DNA of 64,000 nucleotides, taken from the NCBI GenBank assembly GCA_963808235.1, contig CAWEEQ010000002.1, forward strand, positions 128,001 through 192,000. Reading direction: 5' to 3'. Both the position numbers and the translations under genes were made by a program. Source of the stretch: an uncultured delta proteobacterium (GTDB lineage Bacteria; Desulfobacterota; Binatia; Binatales; Binataceae). Numbering within the stretch: position 1 is the stretch's first letter; the number at the start of each line of letters is the position of its first letter. This document shows, piece by piece, positions 1-8,913 of this stretch. The notes beneath the pieces are model-generated. The model was not told the DNA's origin, searched no databases, and saw only the letters and a program-made list of their open reading frames with translations.

Positions 1-1
1 C

Positions 2-1132
2 GAGTTCGAGCAACAATCTAAGCACGGTCTGGGCATTTAGCCCGGATGCCTCGATTATCGAGTCAACGTGAAGTCTTTCAGTATCTGTTAGATAAGTTAA
101 GAGAGTAATAGTGCTATTAGAAACTAGTTCTGAGCTATTTGCAGTCGTAAGCGAAGCTGTCTCGGTCGAAGGTTTCGTAATTTGAGTCGCCGGCGGAACA
201 GATTGGTCAGCGACTCGATCATTGAGCCGTGCCGCATCAGCCGGCAGCCGCTTGACCATTTGGGGTGCGAGTTCTTCGATTACGTCCTCGACGCATTCGA
301 CCAGCTTAGCACCCTCCTTCAACAGCCGATTGCTGCCCCGCGTCTTGCCGGTTAGGGGGCTGCCGGGCACGGCGAAGACTTGGCGGTCCTGCTCGAGTGC
401 CATCCGCGCGGTAATCAGCGAGCCGCTTTTTTCAGCAGCCTCGACAATTACGACCCCCAGGCACAGGCCGGAGAGAATTCGGTTGCGGGTCGGAAAATTT
501 TCCGCAAGCGGCTGCGTTCCGATCGGCAATTCGCTTATCAGCGCGCCGCCACCCTCGATGATCGCCTCTGCGAGTTTGCGATGCTCGGCAGGGTAGATGA
601 CATCCACACCGCATCCGAGCACGGCCAGGGTGATTCCGTGGGCATCGAGCGCTCCCTGATGCGCCTCGCCGTCGATTCCGCGCGCAAGGCCGCTCACGAC
701 GGTGAAGCCTTTGGCTGCGAGCTCGAGGCCGAGCCGCTGGGCCATCCGGCGGCCGATATCGCTCGCGGCGCGCGCACCGACGATCGCGATACAGTTGGGA
801 TCGGTCAGCGAAGCGGTGCCGCGCACGAACAGGAATGGCGGAGGATCGGCTATCTGGCGCAGGTTCGGCGGGTAGTCGTCGTCAGTCCATTTGATCATTC
901 GAGCGCCGATGTTGGGGAGCTCGCACAGTTCTTTTTCGAGGGGCTCGAAGTCGCGAAACTCGACGATGCTCCTTGCGGTGTTGCGCGGAATTCCGGCGGC
1001 GCCGATCTCTTCTGCGCCAAGCTTGAAGATCTTCTCGGGTGAGCCGAACTTGTCGATCAAAAGCCGGCAGGTTCGCGGACCGACGCCGCGAGCACGCCTG
1101 AGCGCGAGCCAGTAAACGTCTGGCGATGGCAT
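2..1132 (-). CDS. dprA: DNA-processing protein DprA (3' end runs off the window)
   Basis: Absent from the ORF track because no stop lies in the window. Manual translation gives MPSPDVYWLALRRARGVGPRTCRLLIDKFGSPEKIF..., VSGLARGIDGEAH, and a C-terminal winged helix LHVDSIIEASGLNAQTVLRLLLEL. Confidence 0.93.
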   Translation of the reverse strand, partial: MPSPDVYWLALRRARGVGPRTCRLLIDKFGSPEKIFKLGAEEIGAAGIPRNTARSIVEFRDFEPLEKELCELPNIGARMIKWTDDDYPPNLRQIADPPPFLFVRGTASLTDPNCIAIVGARAASDIGRRMAQRLGLELAAKGFTVVSGLARGIDGEAHQGALDAHGITLAVLGCGVDVIYPAEHRKLAEAIIEGGGALISELPIGTQPLAENFPTRNRILSGLCLGVVIVEAAEKSGSLITARMALEQDRQVFAVPGSPLTGKTRGSNRLLKEGAKLVECVEDVIEELAPQMVKRLPADAARLNDRVADQSVPPATQITKPSTETASLTTANSSELVSNSTITLLTYLTDTERLHVDSIIEASGLNAQTVLRLLLEL

Positions 1133-1249
1133 CTAGCTACTACCGCGATAGATTCGCGGGCCCCCTTGTGGTCGAGCATAGCCGCGTGTCGCGGCACTGC
1201 TGACTTCTAGGTTGTTCTTAACGCCGTATTTTCGCAAGCCGCCTATCGC

Positions 1250-1747
1250 CTACTGCTCCAAACTGCGAATCAGGAGCTCGAGAAGTTTGCCGAACTCCTT
1301 CAGCTGCTCTGGCCTGAACACCTTTTCGAGCAGAGACTTGTGACCGCGGACGAGTTCCGGATAGAGCTTGCTAAACAGCTCGATGCCCTTGGCGCTCAGT
1401 CGAACCCGCACGCTGCGCCGGTCGTCGGACGATGGAATCCGCTTGACCAGCCCCCTGGCTTCGAGGCGATCCAAAATCCCGGTGATACCGCCCTTGGTGA
1501 TCAAGGTCCGGTCCGCTATCTCCGAACAGCTCAGGCTCGCGCCGTCGGATCTGGCGAGCGCGCTAAGCACGTCCATCTGGGCCAGGGTTAGATCGCGGGC
1601 CTGGTACGGACGCCCGGTCTGGTCAACGAAAAGAAAACCGGCCTTGATCAGCGCCCGCGCGGTGTCGATAAAAGGTTGGTCGGCAGGCTCCGTAACTTGG
1701 GCGACGATCGATTGCTGCGCGGACCCGGCGGATTGTTTCGGCGGCAT
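1250..1747 (-). CDS. MarR family transcriptional regulator
   Basis: LTLAQMDVL...ITKGGITGILDRLEARGLVKRIPSSDDRRSVRVRLSAKG winged-helix signature; SD GGGAG. Confidence 0.93.
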   Translation of the reverse strand: MPPKQSAGSAQQSIVAQVTEPADQPFIDTARALIKAGFLFVDQTGRPYQARDLTLAQMDVLSALARSDGASLSCSEIADRTLITKGGITGILDRLEARGLVKRIPSSDDRRSVRVRLSAKGIELFSKLYPELVRGHKSLLEKVFRPEQLKEFGKLLELLIRSLEQ

Positions 1748-1803
1748 GGTTATCTCCCGTGACGATAATCATACCATATAATTAATCTCTAAACTAAACT
1801 ATA
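1730..1803 (-). repeat. Promoter/leader/start module, copy 1 (upstream of MarR gene)
   Basis: Aligns by eye with 2296-2371, including ATAATT(A/C)ATCTCTAAACTAAA(C/G)TA and the first six codons. Confidence 0.8.
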
Positions 1804-1812
1804 TACGCAGGT

Positions 1813-2313
1813 TCAAGCGCCGGAACCCTCCGACGACAGGCTCCGCTGGATCATCGGGAACAGGTCGCGCTCTTCGCCGTCGATCAAATCGTCGAGACAA
1901 ACCGCGAATGCCGTCAGCGCCGTGCCCGCTCTGACCACTTCCTCGTCCGTGCCGGTCAGGAACGAAGCCGCGCCAACAGTCTCGGCGAGATGACGCAGCC
2001 GCAAATGCTGCTCATGCGCGCGCAGAATCAAGTCAGCCGGGAAATCCCCACGCAGCTTCGCCCACGGGAGCACGACCTCCTCTTCGCTGGCAAGATGGCG
2101 CGCGATTACCAGCTTGATCGAGTTCCACGCTTCGGCCGCTTCCGCGCGCAGGATCGTATCCGAGGGCTGTCGGGCGACGACCGCGCCGGCGACCGCGGCG
2201 TCGAGCAGCAGGCGTTCACCCAGCTTTGAATCTTCATAGCTGAGCCGCGCGAGGGCAGTTTCAACCCGCGACCTGGCGGAGCCATCGATCAGGCTGGATT
2301 GTTTGGTCAGCAT
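1813..2313 (-). CDS. Hemerythrin-like (HHE cation-binding) domain protein
   Basis: RHLASEEEVVLP, HEQH and DGEERDLFP motifs; the last HxxxE is degenerate. Confidence 0.7.
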   Translation of the reverse strand: MLTKQSSLIDGSARSRVETALARLSYEDSKLGERLLLDAAVAGAVVARQPSDTILRAEAAEAWNSIKLVIARHLASEEEVVLPWAKLRGDFPADLILRAHEQHLRLRHLAETVGAASFLTGTDEEVVRAGTALTAFAVCLDDLIDGEERDLFPMIQRSLSSEGSGA

Positions 2314-2371
2314 GATCGTCTACCAATGCGATAGTCATGCCACGAATAATTCATCTCTAAACTAAAGTAGA
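2296..2371 (-). repeat. Promoter/leader/start module, copy 2 (upstream of hemerythrin-like gene); contains a sigma54-like GG-N10-GC
   Basis: Homologous to 1730-1803; TGGCATGACTATCGCA on the minus strand. Confidence 0.8.
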
Positions 2372-2656
2372 TGGAGCAAGTTCGAACCCGCCCAGCGTCT
2401 CGCAATTGGCGATACGGTTCGCATATTTCGCATATGTCTAAGTCGCGAGCCTGGCGATATGCGCCCGGGGTTTTCAGCGGAGCGTTTGGTGGGGGCAGGA
2501 AATATCCTCTGGGAATCTTAAGGGCAATACCCCTTCGATGTGGCCCCATTTCTTGACCCTTCGAAAGGGATCGCATAAGTTACGCGCAAACGCATTCTCT
2601 GCTAGTATTAGCTCTCGGCTGCCGCCGTTTGGCAGACTGAACCGGAGGACGATTTA

Positions 2657-3241
2657 TTGGGCGCTACAGCAGTAACATCAATGGACTTCAGCAGAATGTC
2701 CGCGGTGGAGAAGCAGATTCTCATTTTCAGCTTTTATCGCGACGCCGAACTCAGAGGCGCCCGCTTACTTTTCAATATCATTGGTCATCTCGACGACGCT
2801 GATTCGCAGGTAAAGATGTCCAAGCATCTGTCGGACGAGACCCGTCATGCATGGCTGTGGACCAAGCGCATCGCGGACCTCGGCGGATGCCCGGTTCATA
2901 TCGACGACGGCTATCAGCGCCGGCTCGGGCTTCGCACCGGAGTGCCAAAGACGATCGTCGACCTGCTCGCGTTGACGGTGGTGGTCGAAGAGCGCGCGCA
3001 AAGCCGCTACAACGCGCACATGGCGCTCCCGAACGTGGACAAGGAAACCATGGAAGTCCTCCACGCGGTTACCGAGGACGAGACCTGGCACTTGTCGTGG
3101 ATCGAAAAGAAGATGCGCGAGATCGCCAAAGAGCAGGGCAAGGAAGATCACGCCGACCAGGCGCTCGATCGGTATCGCAAGATCGATCGCGAAGTTTACG
3201 CGACGCTGGCCGCTGACGAAGCGGAGTTGATGCGTTCATAA
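2657..3241 (+). CDS. Ferritin-like di-iron domain protein
   Basis: Two E..ExxH repeats (DETRH, DETWH); GGAGG 8 nt before the TTG start. Confidence 0.85.
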   Translation: MGATAVTSMDFSRMSAVEKQILIFSFYRDAELRGARLLFNIIGHLDDADSQVKMSKHLSDETRHAWLWTKRIADLGGCPVHIDDGYQRRLGLRTGVPKTIVDLLALTVVVEERAQSRYNAHMALPNVDKETMEVLHAVTEDETWHLSWIEKKMREIAKEQGKEDHADQALDRYRKIDREVYATLAADEAELMRS

Positions 3242-3262
3242 ATAACGATCAACAGATTCAGA

Positions 3263-4075
3263 TTGTCGCTTCGTAACTTCAATTACCTCAACTGCGGCGC
3301 CCTGGTGGCCGCAGTTTTTCTATTCAGCGCCGCGATCGCTCAGGCCGGATGGGTCAAAGGCGAGTTCACCTCCGGCGGCAAGCCGGTCGAAGAATATCAC
3401 TGCGCGCCGTCCGGAAGCGGACCGCATCCCGCGGTCGTCATCCTGCACGGTGCGTCGGGGCAGAAAGAAGTCGCAAACGACTCGTTCGAAAAGATGTGCG
3501 GTCAGCTCGCGGACCATGGCTACTACGCGGAATTTATCGAGTACTACAGCCAGACCGAGGCGGTTGGCCCTGAGAGTCCGCTGGAGATGCGAAAATATTT
3601 CCCGGTATGGCTGGACGAGATCCAATCGGGCATCGACGCGCTCGACAAGAATCCCGCCGTCGATCCGCATCGCGTAGCGCTGATGGGATTTTCGCTTGGC
3701 GCCTTTCTCTCCCTCTCGACAGGCGCGCTCGCTCCGGATCAGATCGCGGCAATCGTTGAGTACTACGGCGGACTTCCCCCGAGGCTCAGAAGCGGCGCCA
3801 AACAGATGCCGCCGACGCTGATTCTGCACGGCGACAAGGACGCGCTGGTCAACGTGTCACAGGCGCACGAGCTCGACGAGCTTCTGACCGCGGCAAATCG
3901 CCCGCACGAGATGCACATCTACGAGGGCGCGAATCACGCATTCAATTTCGCCGAGCTGCCGTTCTGGTACAACGCCGAAGACGCACAGGACGCATGGAAT
4001 CGGAGTCTGAAGTTCCTCGCGGCGAATCTGAAAAATCCGGATTCGAAGACCGCCGCGAGCGCGGCATCCAAATAG
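3263..4075 (+). CDS. Secreted dienelactone hydrolase-family alpha/beta hydrolase
   Basis: Signal peptide, GFSLG nucleophile elbow, HGDKD, HAF. Confidence 0.88.
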   Translation: MSLRNFNYLNCGALVAAVFLFSAAIAQAGWVKGEFTSGGKPVEEYHCAPSGSGPHPAVVILHGASGQKEVANDSFEKMCGQLADHGYYAEFIEYYSQTEAVGPESPLEMRKYFPVWLDEIQSGIDALDKNPAVDPHRVALMGFSLGAFLSLSTGALAPDQIAAIVEYYGGLPPRLRSGAKQMPPTLILHGDKDALVNVSQAHELDELLTAANRPHEMHIYEGANHAFNFAELPFWYNAEDAQDAWNRSLKFLAANLKNPDSKTAASAASK

Positions 4076-4078
4076 CTT

Positions 4079-4450
4079 TCAGCCGGCCGCGACTGCTCGC
4101 GCGACGGCTTGGGGCGATTTTTCGATCACTCGGAGAAGAATGCGCGCCGGGCGGTCTGGCAACGCTCGCCCCTGCTCCCACTCCTGCACCGTACGGACAC
4201 TGAAACCAAACCGGGCCGCGAATTCCGACTGCGACATCTCGAGCTTGCGACGAATGGCCTGTACGTCGGGAACTCGCGGAACCAGCACGCGCCGCCAATC
4301 TCTGCCGCGCGCCATATCCGGCGCGGTGTCGGCATCAGACGCGATTATCTTATCGATATCCTTGTCGGTGGCACCTTTTACGCGTGACCAGTCGACTCGG
4401 CCGCCTCCACGTTTTCGAATCTCAGCCCGGGTACGCCTTTTGGTAGTCAT
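4079..4450 (-). CDS. Xre/HigA-like HTH protein (antitoxin-like, no toxin adjacent)
   Basis: VDWSRV N-terminus and IRRKLEMSQSEFAARFGFSVRTVQEWEQGR HTH; ATG at 4450. Confidence 0.8.
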   Translation of the reverse strand: MTTKRRTRAEIRKRGGGRVDWSRVKGATDKDIDKIIASDADTAPDMARGRDWRRVLVPRVPDVQAIRRKLEMSQSEFAARFGFSVRTVQEWEQGRALPDRPARILLRVIEKSPQAVARAVAAG

Positions 4451-4451
4451 C

Positions 4452-4481
4452 GTGCTCTTAGCACTATACGTGATCCACGTA
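4452..4481. promoter_or_regulatory. Two adjacent palindromes flanking a TATAGT -10; probable autoregulatory operator
   Basis: GTGCT-CTT-AGCAC (4452-4464) and TACGTG-ATC-CACGTA (4467-4481). Confidence 0.55.
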
Positions 4482-4515
4482 GGAAGGCCCAAAGGCAATC
4501 GGATCTAAGGTGAGC

Positions 4516-5415
4516 TTAAACGACTGCCGAAGCGGCGCGTTGCGCACGACTGGCTTCGAGGGCTGCGTTCAGGTCGCGGCGCATCGACTCGGCGTACGCG
4601 GCGGCGGCTTCGGCAGGTTTGCCGCCGTTTTTCAGATAGGCGTACATCAGGCTGCGACTTGCGTTCACGATGATCCCGGAACCGTCGGGGCGCGCCGATG
4701 CGGCTGCGTCCGTTGCGGTCCCGCCTTGAGTGCCGTAGCCGGGGACCAGGATCGTCGCCGCGGGCATCAGTTGTCGCGCGCGGCGTGCATGGTTTGGATA
4801 GGTCGCACCGACTACCGCGCCGACCGAGCTAAGGCCGCTTGAGCCGATGAAGTCGCCGCCCCATCCGTTCACCCGCGCTGCTACCGACTCCCAGATTGGG
4901 CGGCTAGTTCCTGAACCGTCCTGCGCGATGACGTCCTGGAATTCGCCGGACGAGGGATTCGAGGTCTTGACCAGCACAAAGACGCCGCGGCCCTCGCGAA
5001 CCTTCGCTATGAACGGCATCGCAGCGTCGCTTCCCTGATACGGGTTGATCGTCACCGCATCGCATCCAAAGTCGCCGTCGCCGAGAAATGCCTCCGCGTA
5101 TGCTGCAGATGTCGTGCCGATGTCGCCGCGCTTTGCGTCCGCGATCGTGATGAGGCCAAGCCGACGCGCGGTTTTCAGAACTTCGACGAATGCGCGCATC
5201 CCTTCGAGACCGCGCGCTTCATAAAACGCAAGCTGAGGCTTGACTGCTACGACCGAGCGCGCGCAGGCCTCGACGATTTCACAGCAGAAGCCGGCGAGCG
5301 TCTGGCCGCGTGGAACTCCGGGCGCGTCGGGAGTGTCGAGTTGAGGATCGACACCGAGGACGACGACACTATCTTTGAGGCGCGACGCGTCGGCAAGGCG
5401 ATCCGCAAAGTTCAT
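4516..5415 (-). CDS. pyrF: Orotidine-5'-phosphate decarboxylase
   Basis: KPQLAFYE, DAKRGDIGTT, VKTSNP, VVGAT, LVPGYG; start reassigned to MNFADRL. Confidence 0.95.
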   Translation of the reverse strand: MNFADRLADASRLKDSVVVLGVDPQLDTPDAPGVPRGQTLAGFCCEIVEACARSVVAVKPQLAFYEARGLEGMRAFVEVLKTARRLGLITIADAKRGDIGTTSAAYAEAFLGDGDFGCDAVTINPYQGSDAAMPFIAKVREGRGVFVLVKTSNPSSGEFQDVIAQDGSGTSRPIWESVAARVNGWGGDFIGSSGLSSVGAVVGATYPNHARRARQLMPAATILVPGYGTQGGTATDAAASARPDGSGIIVNASRSLMYAYLKNGGKPAEAAAAYAESMRRDLNAALEASRAQRAASAVV

Positions 5416-5508
5416 CGCGACGATTATCGCATAGCGCGGCGCCGGTTTACATATGATCGTTGCGTTTTCGCATCCGCCGCGGGCATCCTTGGGATTGGAA
5501 AAATACCG

Positions 5509-6216
5509 ATGAACAATCTGACCATCATTACCAAGCTCCGATTCATTGCGGCGATTGCGCCCGCGGTCCTGTTGATTATCGCCGCGATGATAGTCGGCGC
5601 CTTCCACCTTTTCGGGACCATGCCGCGGTTGATGCACGACAACGAATATGCGGCGGCGCGCGCGGCCGAGGCGATGGAAACCGCACTTTACAAAATGGAC
5701 TGGGGGCGGATGCAGCCGGACTCGCCGCAGATCGTGATGGATCAGCAGCGTGGATTTATCGCGGAGATAGAGACGGCGCGGGTGCATATAGAGACTCGCG
5801 AGCAGGCCGAGCGGATCGAAAAGATCGCCAACGAGGCGAAGCCGCTGTTCGACGCGATGCGGACCGCGCAGCCTGGCGACGATTCGCTGGAGCCGCGCTT
5901 GCGCGATTTACAAGGGATGGTGGCGGACTTGACGAGCGCCGACGACGCGGTGCTGCTTGCGGCGGCGGCGAACGCTGAATCGCAGGCGCGGACCATGATC
6001 GCGATTACAGTCGTAGGAGCGGTGGTGATCCCGTGGATATGTTTTATCGTGATCGCACGGCTATCCGGGAGGCTATACACGGAGTTGCGCGAAATCCGCA
6101 GGCGCTTCGACGCGCTCGCGGAGCGTAGCGATCCGAATTCGGAGGATTCTCGCGTGCTCGACGAGGCGCTGACCAAGCTCGGTTTTCCGAGGCCGAATCC
6201 GATGCTGGCCGAGTAG
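5509..6216 (+). CDS. Membrane protein with two TM helices around a four-helix-bundle-like periplasmic domain
   Basis: TM-soluble-TM topology; no cytoplasmic output domain visible. Confidence 0.6.
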   Translation: MNNLTIITKLRFIAAIAPAVLLIIAAMIVGAFHLFGTMPRLMHDNEYAAARAAEAMETALYKMDWGRMQPDSPQIVMDQQRGFIAEIETARVHIETREQAERIEKIANEAKPLFDAMRTAQPGDDSLEPRLRDLQGMVADLTSADDAVLLAAAANAESQARTMIAITVVGAVVIPWICFIVIARLSGRLYTELREIRRRFDALAERSDPNSEDSRVLDEALTKLGFPRPNPMLAE

Positions 6217-6225
6217 CTTCACTCT

Positions 6226-6897
6226 TCAGCGCGGCTTTATCCGCTTTTTGGGCGCGGGCTTTTTGCCATCGGGCAGCGTGATATCGAGGCTTCGCCACAG
6301 ATACCATGCGGCGGCGGAGCGATACGGGCGCCATTGCTCGGCAAGCTTCAGCAGGCGTTTTCGATTGGGCCGCTGACGCATCCGGTAGTAGCGCTTGACC
6401 GCGTTCTGAACACCGAGATCGTCGGCGGGCATCACGTCGGGACGGCCGAGATTGAACATCATGAAAATCTCGGCGGTCCATTTGCCGATGCCTTTCACGC
6501 GGGTGAGATCGGCGACGATTTCCTCGTCCTGCATGCGATGGAAGCGATGAAAATTGAGCTTGCCGTCCCTGACGTGCGCGGCGAGGTCCTTTATGTAGAG
6601 CGCCTTTTTTTCCGAGAGGCCGACGCTGCGCAGTTCCGCGGTTGACTTGGCGAGCACATCCTCGGGCAAAGGGAAGCCGGGGCCGGGAAATAATCCCACG
6701 AAGCGGTTGTAGATAGCGTTGGCGGCGGCGCCGGCGAGCTGCTGGAAAATGATCGCACGCACGAGAGCCTGGAAGCGTTCGATTCGGGGGATGATTCCCA
6801 GGGTGCCGACCTCGGCGATGATGCGCGCCATGATTGGGTCGGTCTTGCTAAGATGCAATCGCGCGGAGCGTGCGTAAGGGACTCTGGCAGTTGGCAT
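6226..6897 (-). CDS. DNA-3-methyladenine glycosylase, AlkA/HhH-GPD family
   Basis: IIFQQL, VKGIGKWTAE HhH motif, PADDLG, WRPYRS. Confidence 0.92.
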   Translation of the reverse strand: MPTARVPYARSARLHLSKTDPIMARIIAEVGTLGIIPRIERFQALVRAIIFQQLAGAAANAIYNRFVGLFPGPGFPLPEDVLAKSTAELRSVGLSEKKALYIKDLAAHVRDGKLNFHRFHRMQDEEIVADLTRVKGIGKWTAEIFMMFNLGRPDVMPADDLGVQNAVKRYYRMRQRPNRKRLLKLAEQWRPYRSAAAWYLWRSLDITLPDGKKPAPKKRIKPR

Positions 6898-6988
6898 TTG
6901 AACTGAAACCGCGGTTCGCCGAATCTTGCACGCCTGCTAAGGTTGATCAATCGCGCGCAAGGATATGCTCGGAAGGAAACCAGAAGCG

Positions 6989-7438
6989 ATGAGCGACGAC
7001 ACGCGACTCCTGATGTGTCCCGAGAATCTCCACGAAGGGATGCGGCTGGGGCCGATTCACTACGTTGTGATGCCGGAGCGGGCGCGTGCGTTCGCGAATG
7101 CGGTTGGCGCGAAGAATCGTGCTTTCATTCCCGACCCGGAGACTGATGAGGCGCTCGCGTCGCCGACGATGCGCCTGCAGGATTATGCGCTCCTCATCGC
7201 CGCTCATCTGAAAGGCGGGAAGGGAGGAGTGCACGCGAAGCATTGGTGCGAGTTTCACGAGCCGATGCTCGTGGGGCAGGCGATAAAAACCGAAGGCAAG
7301 ATCACGGCGGCGTTTCGCCGTCGCGGAAAATTCTACTTCACGCTCGAATATGAATCGCGCGACGCGGTGACAGGCCGACTGTTGGTCAGGCAGGCGATCA
7401 CCTCGGTGCTGCTGAACGACAAGGGAGAGATGCAATGA
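6989..7438 (+). CDS. MaoC-like hot-dog fold protein
   Basis: GVHAKHWCEFHEPMLVGQ; stop overlaps next start (ATGA). Confidence 0.7.
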   Translation: MSDDTRLLMCPENLHEGMRLGPIHYVVMPERARAFANAVGAKNRAFIPDPETDEALASPTMRLQDYALLIAAHLKGGKGGVHAKHWCEFHEPMLVGQAIKTEGKITAAFRRRGKFYFTLEYESRDAVTGRLLVRQAITSVLLNDKGEMQ

Positions 7439-7872
7439 GCGCGGCGCCGGTTGAGATTCGCGTCGGTGCGGAAATTGTTTCGCAGCCGTACGTGCTCGAC
7501 GCGGCGGCCGCGAAGGCATATCGCGAAGGTGTTGAATCGCCGCCGCGGCGCGCCTCGCGACGCAGCATCCACGATGACAAAGATGCGGCGCGCAACGCTG
7601 GATTTGTCGCGCCGATCGCGGCGGGAGAGCATACGATCGCGGTGATCGCGCAATTCCTGGCGGATATCTTTGGGATGAAGTTTGTGCGTGGAGGACGGAT
7701 CGAGGTGGCGCTGACAAAGCCCGTGCTGTTCGGCGATGTTTTGATTTCACACGCGCGAATCGAGAGCGTCGATCAAGACAGCGAACGAGCCGAGCTGAAG
7801 ATTCGAGTCGAGAATCAACGCGGCGAAGAAGTGCTGGCAGGCAGCGCCGCGATCAAGATGAGGGAAGAATGA
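7435..7872 (+). CDS. MaoC family dehydratase
   Basis: SIHDDKDAARNAGFVAPIAAG, KPVLFGD, VENQRGE. Confidence 0.82.
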   Translation: MSAAPVEIRVGAEIVSQPYVLDAAAAKAYREGVESPPRRASRRSIHDDKDAARNAGFVAPIAAGEHTIAVIAQFLADIFGMKFVRGGRIEVALTKPVLFGDVLISHARIESVDQDSERAELKIRVENQRGEEVLAGSAAIKMREE

Positions 7873-8903
7873 GCGCGGAGCCGATAGCGGATTCGAGCGC
7901 CGCACCGCGCGACGAGATGCCCGCGCCTCGCGCGACGCCGCTCTGGCGCAAGCTGATTCCGTATCTTGGCACGGTCGCGATTTTCGCGCTGATCTTCTGG
8001 CGCATCCCGATTCGCAAAGTCGAGCAAGCGCTGTCGCAAGTGCCGGTGCTCGAGTTCCTGGCGGTGTTCATGCCGTACTCGCTGTTCTACTGCGCGATCG
8101 ATTCGGCGTGCCTCACCTGGGTGGTGCGCCGCTTCAACGCGCGGATGCTCTATCGGGACATCCTGCCGATTCGCGCCAGCATGTACGTGCTGGCGCTGAT
8201 TAACACGAGCCTCGCACAGGGCGGCGTCGCGTATTACCTGCATCGAAAAGCCGGCGTCACCTTCCTGAGCGCGCTGAGCTCGGTGCTCTTCATCGCGTTG
8301 CTCGAAATCTATCAGCTCTTTCTGTTCTCGACTCTCGGGGTGATCTTTTACACGCCGGTCGGCGACGCGCAGATGCGAATAGTGGGAATTCTGCGCATCG
8401 TATACATCGTGGCGTGGATGCTGCTGGCATCGATCATCACGTTCTTTGCGGTCGCGCGGCGAAGCGACCGGATTCGGAACTGGGTCGAGACGGGAAGAGC
8501 GGGCGCGATCCTTGCCACCTTCATGAGGGCGCGTCCGCTCGACTACCTGGCCGTGCTGGCAATCAAGGCGCCGACCTTTCTCGCCTCGGTGGTCGCGCAA
8601 TATTACGCGCTTGCTCTGTATGGAATCGCGGTGCCGTTCGTGAAGCTGATGCTGTTTCTGCCGCTGGTGTTCCTGGCGGCTGCGCTGCCGATAGCAGTGG
8701 CGCATCTCGGCACCAGCCAGGCGGCATGGCTGCTCTTCTTCTCGAGCAACGCGTCGCCAGTGAAGATCGTCGCCTACAGCCTCGCGGCACAACTCACGTT
8801 CATGCTGTGCAACGCGCTGATCGGACTGGTGTTCCTGCCCCGCGCAAGCCGCGAGCTGACCGAACTGCGCGCCGAACCCGCAAGCACCAGCGCGAGTGCG
8901 TGA
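7869..8903 (+). CDS. Lysylphosphatidylglycerol synthase TM-domain (flippase-like) protein
   Basis: Multi-TM protein with LPIAVAHLGTSQ motif. Confidence 0.75.
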   Translation: MSAEPIADSSAAPRDEMPAPRATPLWRKLIPYLGTVAIFALIFWRIPIRKVEQALSQVPVLEFLAVFMPYSLFYCAIDSACLTWVVRRFNARMLYRDILPIRASMYVLALINTSLAQGGVAYYLHRKAGVTFLSALSSVLFIALLEIYQLFLFSTLGVIFYTPVGDAQMRIVGILRIVYIVAWMLLASIITFFAVARRSDRIRNWVETGRAGAILATFMRARPLDYLAVLAIKAPTFLASVVAQYYALALYGIAVPFVKLMLFLPLVFLAAALPIAVAHLGTSQAAWLLFFSSNASPVKIVAYSLAAQLTFMLCNALIGLVFLPRASRELTELRAEPASTSASA

Positions 8904-8913
8904 TGGTTAATCG

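Noticed and set aside
55-200. AT-rich patch suggesting foreign DNA
   Set aside because: It lies in frame within the dprA linker and winged-helix region; an embedded promoter for the next gene is possible but unsupported.
222-1115. Plus-strand ORFs 222-596, 380-1042 and 891-1115
   Set aside because: They are antisense shadows of dprA. The same applies to most overlapping ORFs in this GC-rich track.
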